From the NCBI GenBank assembly GCA_000091205.1, contig AP006483.2: a DNA stretch of 64,000 nt; one strand, given 5' to 3'. Each line of letters starts with the position of its first letter. Positions within the stretch are counted from its first letter, which is position 1. Source of the stretch: Cyanidioschyzon merolae. Its lineage: Eukaryota. The notes beneath the pieces are model-generated. The model was given only the letters and a program-made list of their open reading frames with translations. It was not told the DNA's origin and made no database searches. Below, in pieces: positions 21,411-33,500 of this stretch. The translations under genes were made by a program, and so were the position numbers.

Positions 21411-22472
21411 ATGTACAAGCTAACTTGGTGTCTGCGCCACTCGCGTCCAGTTTTTGGACGGAACTCTGTGTCGAATAATCCCGGCTCCCGGCACCAACTC
21501 TCTAACTTTTCTCTCACTGCGAAAAAGCCAGTCCAAATCGTCGAGGTCGGTCCACGCGATGGCTTGCAGACGGAGCGGCCTCTTCCGGTTGAGGACAGGA
21601 CGGAGCTTATACGCCGCCTTGTACTCGACGCTGGATTGCACAAGGTTGAAGTTGGCAGTTTCGTCTCTGAAAAGCGAGTACCGCAAATGGCTCAAACGGA
21701 GCAGGTCATTGCTCGACTACAGGCTACTCTTTCCACCTCCGTGCAGAAGCACGTAACTTTTCCTGTTTTGGTGCCAAACGAGAAGCATCTCGAGCGAGCT
21801 TTGAACGCTGGCTGTCAGGATTTTGCAGTCTTTGTTTCATCCACGGAAGGGTTCAGCCAACGGAACCTAGGCTGCTCTGTAAGCGAGAGCCTCGAGAAGG
21901 TGGACACTATCTTTCGCCGGCTGGAACAGGAACCTAACCGCGACGCCTTTTCAGTTCGAGGGTATGTTTCATGCATTTTCATGTGCCCCTTCGATGGTGA
22001 CGTATCCCCGGCTCATGTACGGCAAGTTGCGAGCGCACTGCTGGAGATGGGTTGCTACGAAGTGTCTCTCGGGGATACGCTCGGCATGGGAACTCCGGCT
22101 CATGTGCGGCGTCTTCTGGATGAACTTTTTGGTCACGAGACTAGAACGGCTGGCAAGTACGCCGTCCATTTCCATGATACATATGGCATGGCCGTTGCTA
22201 ACATTTTATGTGCCATTGAAGAATACGATATTTGTGTAGTGGATAGCTCTGTTGGGGGTCTCGGCGGTTGTCCGTTTGCACCTGGCTCCACGGGAAATGT
22301 TGCCACAGAGGACGTCCTCTACCTATTGCAAGGCCTAGAACGAGCCGAAAGGGGGGTTGATCTAATGAAACTCACTAACATAGGGGCCTGGATTAATGCG
22401 AAATTCGGGCGTGAAACACGATCAAAAGCTGCTCTAGCCCTTTTGCGGAAGCAGCGCAGCGACGAAGGATAG
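21411..22472 (+). CDS. HMGCL: Hydroxymethylglutaryl-CoA lyase (HMGL-like TIM barrel). The longest ORF begins at 21264 inside the R2 repeat, so I chose the first Met after the repeat boundary.
   Basis: VQIVEVGPRDGLQTERPLPVEDRTELIRRL (the EVGPRDGLQNE motif), VHFHDTYGMAVANILCAIEEYDICVVDSSVGGLGGCPFAPGSTGNVATEDVLYLLQGL (the HMG-CoA lyase active-site region with GGCP). The codons of ORF 21264–22472 that lie within the R2 repeat copy (to about 21344) also occur in copy 1 (12410...), where the reading frame diverges after ...KRLGG. Confidence 0.85.
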   Translation: MYKLTWCLRHSRPVFGRNSVSNNPGSRHQLSNFSLTAKKPVQIVEVGPRDGLQTERPLPVEDRTELIRRLVLDAGLHKVEVGSFVSEKRVPQMAQTEQVIARLQATLSTSVQKHVTFPVLVPNEKHLERALNAGCQDFAVFVSSTEGFSQRNLGCSVSESLEKVDTIFRRLEQEPNRDAFSVRGYVSCIFMCPFDGDVSPAHVRQVASALLEMGCYEVSLGDTLGMGTPAHVRRLLDELFGHETRTAGKYAVHFHDTYGMAVANILCAIEEYDICVVDSSVGGLGGCPFAPGSTGNVATEDVLYLLQGLERAERGVDLMKLTNIGAWINAKFGRETRSKAALALLRKQRSDEG

Positions 22473-24461
22473 GTTGCTTCTCTTGCGAATAGCTTCAATA
22501 ATCTCTCTAGAAATTTGCGGTGCGCCAGACAGGCGCAAATAGGGCCTGCCTGATAGCAAGAGCGGTCGAAGTACTAGGACCAAGTTCTTTTACGCATACT
22601 CGCCGCTCAAACGGAAGGCGTCAGGAACCCTCTTCTGCCGAGGCGTCATGGCATCGCTGCCTTTCGAAGCAGTTGATTAGCGCGCAAGCGTTTCTGTATA
22701 GTGGAACGTTTGGGTTTTGAACATACTCTGAAGTATGCCGCATATGCCCGTATAAAGTGAACCATATCCATTTCAGACTAAAATGAAATAGATCCACTAC
22801 GCTAGGTCTGACGTCAAAAGTACTGTTTTGGTTTCGTCTAGATAGCACCAGCACCAGACCTTGCCGGCATTTTCGGCGATTGCTTCCTTTTCCTCTCTCT
22901 CATCCCCAGTGTTGTACACGCAGCTCTCTCCTGGAACTCTGGCTCCATTGCCAGCAGTCGAATGATATTGATGGCTGCAGTAAATTCCAGATTACGCCGT
23001 TTCTAGCTGCTGTCAACTCAACTCCTTCACATGCGGAAGTTGTTACCTGCACTTCGCTCGGCGTTTCTATCTTGTTAGTATAAAGGCTCGGTGTGCCCTG
23101 TACAACGGCGACATGAGAGAGTGGTAAAGTGTTCAAATATGCCCTCCAGACCTCCTCTCCTAACAGTTGCACAGTGGCGCGTTACGCGTGCTTCGCCGCT
23201 TCCTAAATGTCCTTGACGGTCCGAAAGGCTGCCTCAACAACATCCCCGTTTTCCGCACCAGGGCCGAATCATAAGATCATGGGCTTATTCTGAGCGATCC
23301 CAACGGCGAATACTCTGTCCGCTGCACAAGCAAGCGCACGCTATTCAATTCAACAGAGGTTTTTTTAGAACGCGATACAATCTATTACGGAGCATTTTTA
23401 GAAAGGAATGTTAAGGCTGGAGAGCAAGTCGAGAAATATCGATCCGTCAACGCTTCGCTCTTCTAAAGTGGTGACGCACTCTACACTTGAAGTGATCTCT
23501 GGGATGAATCAGGCCCGAGTCCAGAACCAATTTCCATGCATAATTAAGAGAGTGAAGCCTCTGGTAGCATAACCCTCGAGAGTTATCATAGTGCTGTGGA
23601 ATTCGAGTTCGACGATGGCAACAGAGAGACGTGATATCGGCTTTCAAACATGATCGCTAATTCGACGAGAGAAGCTTACTGAATTATTTGTAGTCAGCAT
23701 ATGAATAATTATTCAGTCGCCAACGTCAAATTTATTTTGTATTTAATGCAGAGGCGTGAGTAGTTTGACCCACACGCTGCCTTTTATCAGTGAGATCGAA
23801 AATTGAATAGTGCGCGATGCGCACATGTTACTAGGAAAGAAAGAAACGGTTTGATGCTTGCGCTTATGATTTGGATAAGGAAGAACATTGCTGCTGGAAT
23901 CGCTCTTCAGCGACGTCATCCATTGTCCTGATTCCAGTGCCGTTTTGAATTCGAACGGCGAAGCGTTTAAGGAGTCACTCCGCAACGGCGATTACGAATA
24001 CTGAAATTACGAATGCCCCCGTAGTCCCCAATTGATGCATACGAAATGTTGACTTTGCTCATCCGAAAAATCGGATACAAATCTCAAAGCAGGGACAGAG
24101 CGAGCAGCTCAGCCTTCCATTCTGATATGATACAGGACTAGGGACCGAGTCACGCCGTTCTGCGAGCGGCAACATAGGCAGCGATCTCTTGAGAATCGCA
24201 CACCCCAAAAAGTTCGATACTTCACGAATATGGCTTGTTCGGGTTCAGGGTCACCCATTTCGTGTCGACGAAGATACGCCTTCGATAACGTCTCACAGGT
24301 TGGAGCCACTGGGAAAATTGCACAGTGCTTGCTCCAGTCTGCGTCCAGTTTCCTGATCCGTCCCGAAAAATCTGGCAGTAGGTGCGTGCGCGAAGATGTC
24401 GCTGCCTCATTGATACATCGGACAGGGTTGGACTCCTGGAGGCCAGGCAACGGCAGTAACG

Positions 24462-25211
24462 ATGGGGTCTGTTTTAGGCAAAATAGCGGTAGAAACACCG
24501 CAATTTGAGCTTCTGAAACGCACTGATAGCTACGAGATACGAAAGTACGGTCCTTTGGTGGCTGCGGAGGTTCGTGCCTCAGAAGTTTTCGCGGGTCAAG
24601 AGCACAAAGGCAACAAGCTTGACAGTACCGGGTTCCGGCTACTAGCAAGCTATATTGGTGCGATCGGAAAACCTGCAAATGTTGCTGTGAGCGGCGAGCG
24701 GGCTGAATCCATCGCTATGACTTCACCAGTGGTTAACCAACCAGAGAAAATTGCCATGACGGCGCCTGTTGTGAGCCGCGCTGAAAAGGTTGCAATGACA
24801 GCTCCGGTAGTCACGTCAGACACAACAGAAAGCGGTTCTCGCAGTTCAGCAGGAGGGTTGCGCGGTCAGTCTGGCGCAATGAAGACCGAAGAAGGTGGCG
24901 TCATGGCTTTTTATCTGCCAAGCAAATACAGCTCCGTTGAAAGCGCTCCGAAGCCACTTGACGAGCGTGTCCATCTGGTCCAGATTCCACCGCGAAAGGT
25001 TGCCGTGGCTATTTTTAGCGGAAACACAGACATGCGCCGGTCAAGGACACAGGCAGAGGAACTTTTTGCTGCTCTGAAGGTGGACCAGATTCGGATGAAA
25101 GGAGATCCGGCATCCTTGGATGATGCAGTATGGTGGCTAGCACGGTACAATCCGCCCTGGTCACTTCCCTGGACAAAACGTAATGAAGTTCATATCGAAC
25201 TCGAATCATGA
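24462..25211 (+). CDS. SOUL haem-binding protein family, 249 aa, with an internal 3x 13-aa tandem repeat
   Basis: YEIRKY...FxxLxxYIxGxN..., IAMTAPVV, MAFYLPSKY, VAVAIFSG and WWLARYNPPWSLPWTKRNEV are the SOUL/HBP signature blocks. IAMTSPVVNQPEK, IAMTAPVVSRAEK and VAMTAPVVTSDTT are repeated in frame. Confidence 0.8.
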   Translation: MGSVLGKIAVETPQFELLKRTDSYEIRKYGPLVAAEVRASEVFAGQEHKGNKLDSTGFRLLASYIGAIGKPANVAVSGERAESIAMTSPVVNQPEKIAMTAPVVSRAEKVAMTAPVVTSDTTESGSRSSAGGLRGQSGAMKTEEGGVMAFYLPSKYSSVESAPKPLDERVHLVQIPPRKVAVAIFSGNTDMRRSRTQAEELFAALKVDQIRMKGDPASLDDAVWWLARYNPPWSLPWTKRNEVHIELES

Positions 25212-25258
25212 GCTCAAAGCACTCGGAGCAGTGAACCAGTTTGTGCCTTACGCGGTGT

Positions 25259-25837
25259 TTATGCACTAGTTAGGGCTATGGCTAAGAAGATCGCGACTGC
25301 GGCAGACACGCTGCCAAGGATAGCGGCTGGCATGACTTTCCTCGTTTTGGCATATCTGATCCCGAACACGACAGTCAACACAAGGGAAACGCCAAGCGCA
25401 AGGGCTATTGATGATTGTGAGTATGCCACCCCAAGGAGTACCGCGGCACCTAAGCCGCTAATAATACTAGCCTTTGACTTGGTGCGCGCATAAGCACCCA
25501 CCCCACCTACTGCCATAACGGCCGCATAGACAAGGGTAACAATTTTTACAGTCTCCGTCATCGTGGCGCGCAGCCGGCCGAGCCGGCTTCGTTTGGAGTT
25601 GTAAACTTCAGAGGGCGAAGCATGCAGCACTCTCCCAGCTCGAGACGGAACCAAAGCACGCCCAGGGAGAGCACTGCGCGGGACACCCACGCGAGGAAGC
25701 GTTGAAACCGAACAGTAAAGTTTGCTGCGCTCCTTATGAAAAACCTTCGCCTTATCTGGAACAACTACTGTAAACATAACTAGTCTCACAAACTGGAACT
25801 GGCGGTGGCGAACGCTACTCGAAAAGCTCGACAACAA
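25259..25837 (-). CDS. TMEM14-family membrane protein (FAX-like) with an N-terminal presequence of about 90 aa. The core starts near the Met at 25561.
   Basis: The C-terminal 100 aa has four TM helices with the TMEM14 motifs YAAVMAVGGVGAYARTKSKASIISGLGAAVLLGVAY and ILGSVSAAVAIFLAI. The N-terminus is R/S/P-rich, like a transit or presequence. Confidence 0.65.
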   Translation of the reverse strand: MLSSFSSSVRHRQFQFVRLVMFTVVVPDKAKVFHKERSKLYCSVSTLPRVGVPRSALPGRALVPSRAGRVLHASPSEVYNSKRSRLGRLRATMTETVKIVTLVYAAVMAVGGVGAYARTKSKASIISGLGAAVLLGVAYSQSSIALALGVSLVLTVVFGIRYAKTRKVMPAAILGSVSAAVAIFLAIALTSA

Positions 25838-28540
25838 CAGCGAATTTGTTTGAGCTGGCTGTGCGCAAAGCGTGCACCTCCTGAACGCTTTGCAATCGCG
25901 CGCTGGAAGTCAGGATTGAACTAGATTCTCACGCCACTGGCTTTACAGCAACATGAGAATAAACTGGTACGAGTCCATTCAGCTAGCTTGCGCGTGCACA
26001 TTAGAGTTTGGGTCTCTTTCCATTGCCGCTATGACCCGCCTTTGCTGGCTTTCTCTGCGAATGCTGCCTTTTCCTCGCATATTTCAGGCACTAAGTACGC
26101 GGGTGTCTCCTTTCTCGCAAGCTCCGTTGCCAGCTACCGGAAGAGGATAACGGCAACGTTCAGGCTCTGGTGGCGAAATTTTGGGTTGAAGCCGACGCAT
26201 CTCATGCACAGAGGGAGGTCACGATCTACGCTTCGCTTGATATTCTCATCTTCTTTGTTCAAAGCCGCGGTACGCACGTCGCAGTCGTGGGGTTTGGTCG
26301 TGGTCATACTGTCTTTTTTTGTCCAAAATACCGCCTCTTCTGAAGTCTGCCTGTGGCGCAGGAAGACCGCTTCATCGCTTTGTAGATGTCATTTACTAAT
26401 ACTATAGGCACCGCTCGATGCGCCACTCTGTTTCCAGCACGGTGACGTACATTTTGGTCACGAGCTTCTTATTAGCGATCCCCAATGCTATTATTCTGTC
26501 TGGTGCTCGTTCAAGGGCACGCTGTTCCTTTCCATAGAGGATTTATTGAATGGGATATTGTACATGATGAAAAGAAGACCGAAAGGAAAATCCAAGCTGG
26601 AGAAAATCGAAAAATTCCTTTCGGTGAGGGCTCCATTCGTACAAAAAGATTTCTAAATCTCTACCGGAAGCGATATCTACGACGCCTGAACTGCGAGTCG
26701 AAGAACACATTCATTCAATATAGAAGAGGCAGGAGCCTCTAAGAGCATATTCCGTAAGAGGTACTATGTCAGTGCCGATTCCCGTTTCTTCGATGACTCC
26801 AGAACGAGGGTAATTGGGGTCTGTAACGGAATCGATTATTTTGCATGACGAGTATAATGCAATTTCGGCATGAGCTTGTGAAACAGTCGTCAAGGGACGA
26901 CTCTGGATTCTTTTCCTGTTTCATTTAGCGACGCGAATGGATCCGCCCATGGGTTGCCTTGGACAGAAAGATCAGAACTTCAGAAGTGTGTGATTTGAGC
27001 ATGCCACAAGCAAGGAACGACGGTGAGTGGAGGCTTCTACCTGTGAATTGAATAATGATATCGAATATTTTACGGAAATTTGTTCGAAAGCGTCGCGAAT
27101 AATCGCAATGCTCACGATGTAACAAATTCTGACGGCAAAAAGTCGAATGAGTCACTCCGGAAATGCGGCCAAGAATCTTAAAACTGTGTATGAATCCACA
27201 CGCCCTGGTCGCTGGAGTTCGAATGTCGAGGCTTTCTATGAAAACATAAAGTTTGGCAAAAATCGAAATGTGGGAACACCGCGAAGATTTCGGAGCCCCT
27301 TTTCGTTCTGGCGCTGGTGAAGCAAAACATGCGGACTTGGACATCACACCATGAAACCCTAGACACCCAATAACAAATGATTCCCCGTAGATAAAAAGGG
27401 TTGGGCTTTCCCTTCTGTAGGTTGAAGAAACTGTTTTTCCAAAAATTAAACTTGTTCGATAAAAGTAGGATGCCGCATGTGCCTCGAAAAAAGATAACAG
27501 CTGCTAGGCCCGCTTTCCCTGATTTCTTTCCCAATTCGTCTCCATTCTCCTTGCTTTGGAGGTACGGAGCTATGTTCTTTGATGATATTTAATCGAAAAA
27601 AGGCTCCATTGAAGATCTGAAAAGATGAGCCAGGTGCGATTTATGTATTTCCGCACTTGTGTATAAGGTCTTATATTTCTCTAATGGATGTAGAAGGGCG
27701 TTTTCCTCACCATTCGACCGTGAAATCCTTGTCCCATGCCCCAAGCGATTTGAATAACACTGCGGGATTTGTCTCGGAAGGTTCGGCATTCATTTCTCAC
27801 GCAAAAAGCCAGGATTCAGCCTTCAGGGTCAGGGAATGCGGAGATTTTCCCCCGGATACGGAGAATGTGGGGTGAATAGAATACAGATCATTGCTCGGTA
27901 CTCTCGAATAATGGAGCACCGCGAAGTTTCACCGATTACCCAGCAAAATCTTGCTCGACGTTCATATATCGGGCACCAGCCTTTCTGGATTTCTGACTGG
28001 ATGATCCGCGTGCCCTACTCCAGGCATGCATCCACTGCCATCTCCCCGAGCCACTGATGTTTTGCATCGCTAGGCTCCAGCGTTTCAGCATCGCACCCCA
28101 AATTCGTACCGAAAGATGGCTTCGACATTTCGATAGACACATAGCCGTTTGGCGCTACGGAAGCCCGAGCCGCTTCCCGCGGTTGGTCGATGCGTTCATG
28201 CCTCGGTTTACGAAAGTGCTCGAGCACGTTGCGGGGCAAGCTCACGCCCACCAGAGAAAACCTCTCGCCTTCGATTGCAACGCAGTCGGACACTCCGTCA
28301 GCACATCGAACACCACCTCATGCATCCGTCTATGCTTCACGACAATGTTCTCTATCTGTGTCAGCGAACACCGGTACTCAAGACGCGCGTGTGCGTCGCT
28401 CTCAACATATCGACGTGAATCTTGCAGAATCGATCCCGGGTGTCGTGGTACGCTCTCATGGAAAGCGCAGGCGTGCTGCAAATGCGCGCCGCAGCCCCTT
28501 CAGTACCATACACTGCCACCATCATGCGACGCGACTCGAA

Positions 28541-29655
28541 GGTCATTACCATTCCAACCGGTTGAGCAAGCTGGCGCAAGCGCGCTTCTTGCCTCCCTAC
28601 AGCCGAGGGCTTCGGCGATCCCAGCACGGTCTCATGTACTCCTGCCAGAGGTAGTGCGCATATGACCTTTGCTCGCTCACGTACGCTCTGGAGCGGGGCA
28701 CAGGGCAGCTCATGGCGGGTGCGGGCAGCGATCTATCAGTCGGAGACCTCCGGTTCGACGGCTGGGAACCACTCGTCTTGAGACCCGCGAGCGTAAAATG
28801 GCGTTTGACAAGAGAGCACACGCTTTGTAGTGGATTGAACCAGAGGACAGCCTGGCACGCAGAGCAGCTCGACACCTGTCTCAACTGCGTACGGCTTGAC
28901 CGCGTGTGATTGATGGCGACCGACGTTATCGAAGCGCTGAATAGAAGGATATGCGAAGGAGAAGCCAGTGAGCGTGCGTCGACGGAGGACGCGGTGTTGA
29001 GCGGTGCTGTACTTTTGGGAACGTGTAGGCGACCGCTGGATAACATCGTCGCTCGAGAAGGTGTTGTCGGAATGCTCGCGTGGCTCTTCTTTACGAACAG
29101 CTGTGTGCGCCTCCCTGAGTAGCCCTAGTCAGGTCTGCTAGTTCTCTAGAATAAGGTCGCATCGAGCGAGACGAAGACGCATCCCTGCAGAAGTAAGCTT
29201 TCGCGCCTCACTGCGACGTCGATAGAGCAGCGTTCAGCGCGGGACACTGGAGTCTAAGAGCGTGCTTTGCGCTTTGTCTACCCGCATCTCCTGCTCTCCG
29301 CTCGTGTGACGGGGTAGGGGATCTGCGCGCACTGGTGCCTCTCTGAGTGTACGATTCAGGAAACGTATGGAGTGGCTTTGATTCCCGTGGAGAGAATCTG
29401 CTAGGCAGAGAATGCTATGTTCTCTTTTGGATGTGCGCTGCTCAGGATGAAGGCATCGACACAGGTGGTTCATCGACCAGGTTAACGCGGATGTACTGAC
29501 TCGTAGATTTCAAGGGGTTATTGTCTGGCTCGCTTCAGCGTAGGGAAAAGCGCCTTCTCGACCTTCCCGCAGTCTACAGGAAACCTTCATATTGCAGATT
29601 ACCTACGATAAACAACGGACAAAAGTAGAAAGTTAGAGTAGGTAGAGGCTTTCCA
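28541..29655 (+). repeat. R3 direct repeat, copy A (1115 bp)
   Basis: It reappears at 34080–35194 at about 98% identity. The same ORF set is found in both copies: a 149-aa minus-strand ORF, 65- and 70-aa plus-strand ORFs, and a 79-aa minus-strand ORF, with 1–2 substitutions each. None has a recognisable coding signature. Confidence 0.9.
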
Positions 29656-30534
29656 ACACTTTCTCCATCGAGGTAACTGCGCGCTTAAATTTTTGACAAG
29701 ACATTACCACTGACCACGGATCCCATACAGCGGGATGGATGTTGGCTTTCAAGAAAGTGTCCATAATGGTGTTCCGCATCTTCAAGTATCATGACCCAGA
29801 ATTCGTCTAGGATGCACAGATTGTTTTGAACATTCGATTGTGTACAGAGCCTGTCGTAATCGCCCGCCGCAGCGGATGCAGCATGGAGACAGTACGGCTC
29901 TGCTATACCACTGAGGGCGTCCGCTCGACGCACGGTTCGCTAGTCACAGGATCGGGATTTATCATTATTGTGAGAGCCTGGAATCTGTGCATACGCACTT
30001 TCTGCATGCAGCAGCACGAGGCGATATGCTAAGAGACCACCGCGATCAGGGCGACGCCCGGACACTGCTTTAGCACCCCTAGTCCCGGAATAAAGTGCGT
30101 TGCGGAGTTGCTGTTCAGGTCTCGCAACTGCAGCCAACACTGCAGAGGTGCACCGAGCACGAACCTGGCAGACTCGTCCTTCTCGCGGGACCTTCCGCCG
30201 AGAAGGAACAGTTTTGAAAATGCGGAAGTCTCTACCACCTTTTACAGCCTACCATAGAATACGAAAGCAGTTGTTATCTAGTTGCTAGATAGTGGCTAGT
30301 TTCTGTTCTTTTAGCGCAGTTGCAACTTGTAAGTGGATAGTTTCTTTCAGCGAGCTTTGATGAGCGGCGCATACCTTCTGGAATCATCCGCTCAGTGACG
30401 GAAGTAGCATGGAATTTTGGATAGTTTCTTTTCGAAAGAGTTGCTGCCAACAGTGTTCTATTGCAGACCGCACTACTGCAGCCGATTCCGGTTGATGCCG
30501 TGCTCATCAACGTGAAGCAGCGTTTGTAGCTCCT

Positions 30535-33500
30535 TTACAAGTATAGAGACGCAGCGAAAACTATATCTCGATGAAGTAGTGCACTGCTCTGGGCAAACTT
30601 GGCACTCAGAGCTGCGTCGCCTACTGAATCAACCGCGTTACGAAGCTGCTGGAGGACCTCATCGACCCGGCGCATGCAGCGTATGAGACTTCCCTCAAAA
30701 ACTTTCGCAAGTTTCAAGGCTTCAGAGAATGGCTGGCCTTTGCACCACGCATGAATAGCGGAAATGATGTTGGGGTCCCAGTTTGGTTCCTCACAAACGT
30801 ATTCCCATCGCAGACCGGCGTCTCTTTGGACTCGGGCAATACGGCCCACGACGCGGTGAATATCCTGCTGTACCTTTTGCAAATGTTCTCTGATATCCGC
30901 ATCTTCTGCTACAGCCATTTGGCTGTCTTTGGCTTTCTCATCCAGCACAAAACCGCTCAGAATGGCCGGTATCAGGGGCTCTGGCATGTCCCTGAGGATG
31001 CCTTCGAAGATGCATTCAGTCAAGATGAGTTCGTTTGCTGCGCTGATCTCGCAGCATACGCGGCCCTTGGGAGAGAGCTGTTTGTTTTCGTCGAGGTAAC
31101 CGAGCGCGTGAAGAACCCGATTCATCGCTTCGAGCTCGGCAGCATGAATAAGATGACTTCTGACACGTAAGTCCCTCTGGATTTTCTCCGCTTGTGGAGC
31201 AAGTTGGAGACGCAGCCCATAGAGTTTGATATCCTCATGTAACTCGGGTTTCGATGCAGCGCACTTGCGCATTTCCTGCACTAAGCATCGGCGTTCGTGC
31301 ATCAACGCACGCAAACTTTTTTCCCGAATGCCAAAGTCGTAAATCGGGTCCAAGAGCGGCAAGCCGCCGCCAACCGAGGCGTAATGGCGCTCTGCCGACT
31401 GCACGCGTTCGCTGATGATGGAGCGACTCATTTCTGTATCGACTGTTTCGGGCATTTCGATGCAAACCGCCGATATCAACTGGATCAGTGAGCGTTGCAA
31501 GTTTTGTAGACGCCATACACCGTCGACTTTTCTTCGGAATACGGAAAATCCGTGTGTCTTATTCGGAAGGCCGCAGCATTTTGGATCCATAACGACGGAC
31601 CAGTGCTGGTCATCCCGTAGTTTCAGAAGCCGACCATTCTTCAAAAATAAGTCAACATTCTCGCACCGGTAGTAGCGTGATATGTTCCGGTCTATTTCAG
31701 CTAATCTCTGATTCAATTTGTAGAATTGCTCCACCTCTTCTTCTTCGTGTGTAAAGTGCATTTGCTTCATTTCGGCCTCTAGGTTTTCCAATTCCGCAAC
31801 CGCGTTTTCCGCCCGTTTCACTGCCTGAAATTGGGCGAAGGACCGGACCATAATTTGCTCCGGACGAGACTCCTCTGACCGTTGTAAATTCAGTAGCATA
31901 TTGTAGCCAAGGCGGAAAGCGCTGGTCAACTCGTCCGGACGACCAGAGAGGATTCGACGCAGGCAATCCTCGTTGGTGTCATCTTCCAGTCTCAGAATCA
32001 CAATGCCCCGCTCATCCAGACCTCTGCGCCCAGCACGGCCGGACATTTGGATGTACTCGCCACTCGTGATGTACCGCACATTGCGCCCGTCGAACTTTTT
32101 CAACGCAGTGAAGAAAACCATCCGCGCAGGCATGTTCAGTCCCAGGGAAAATGTTTCTGTAGCCAACAGAACTTTCACGAGACCCTCCTGAAACAGAATC
32201 TCGACGATTTCCTTAACAATGGGAAACAAACCTGAATGATGAACACCAACGCCTCGTTTCAGCATTTCGAGCATCGTGCCGATCTGGTCCAGCTGTTGGT
32301 CTTGCGAGTTCAACGTCGCCATTGCATTCTGGTAGACGTTTTCGACGAGTGCTTTCTCTTCCTCGCCATTCAGGTCCATTCCAGAGATGCAGCGCGCCAG
32401 AGCTTCACAATCCTTGCGGCTGAACGAGAAAACAATCATTGGCTGCAAGTCCTGATCGATTGCAAACCGAATGATTTTCCGAAACTCCGCATTCGAGAGG
32501 GTGCGGCCTCTGCTCGGTCCGCGAAATCGATCAATCCTTAAATCCTTCCGGATTCGTTCGAAATTTTTGCGATAGAATCTGCCGCCCTCGTCTTTTAACA
32601 AAACGAGTCGGTCTTCCTGATTGGAAAGCGCGAAATGGCGAAGCGGCACGGGTCGTTTTTCGGTATAAACTGTATGACAGGGGGCTTGATGGAGTGCCAC
32701 AATCCATTCGGCAAATTCTTCGGCGTTCGGAATTGTTGCCGAAAGGAAGACGAAGCGAACACTGTCTGGAAGCAGAATAATGCTCTCCTCCCAGACGACG
32801 CCACGCTCACGATCGCGCATGTAATGAACTTCGTCGAAGATGACCCAAGCGGCCTCTCGAACAACATCGGAGCCCCTGTACAACATGGATCGCAAAATCT
32901 CAGTGGTCATGATCAAACAGCTCGCATTTGGGTTCAGCGTCACATCACCCGTAATGAGACCAACATCATTGAATTCGCTTTGAAATTCTCGATATTTCTG
33001 GTTGCTTAGAGCCTTAATTGGCGAGGTATAGATGACCCGACGATGCTCACGAAGCGAGAGCGCAATAGCGTATTCTGCAATGGCAGTCTTTCCGGCTGAG
33101 GTATGCGCTGCAACCATGACAGATTCTCCCGCTTCCAAGCATTTGCAAGCTTCAATCTGGAACAAGTCTAAAGCAAACGGGAATTCTTTCGCTGGGGGGC
33201 GTCCTTTCGGTGGCCAAACAGACAGCTTAGAAGAATCATATTCAGAGAGTGACGCTGGAATAGACACAGTATGGACGCACGCGCAACGACTACCTGTGGA
33301 GAGGTCGAGCACGCTCAGATCATCTATCACAGCGTCAGCTTGGGAAGGCTCTGAAAGAGAGGTTTTGCCGGTTTCTGTCAGGGTTTCAAGCGTCAGCGTC
33401 CTCGGCCGCGAGCCACTGAGCAGAGGGTGTTTGAGCCGCAGCTCCGCCGCGCTCTGCCCAATCCAGGGCGGATCAGACTCGACCTTTGAGCCGGTTGGAT

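Noticed and set aside
24109-24678. 189-aa minus-strand ORF overlapping the SOUL gene start
   Set aside because: No domain resemblance. It overlaps the well-supported SOUL CDS and its upstream region, so it is probably spurious.
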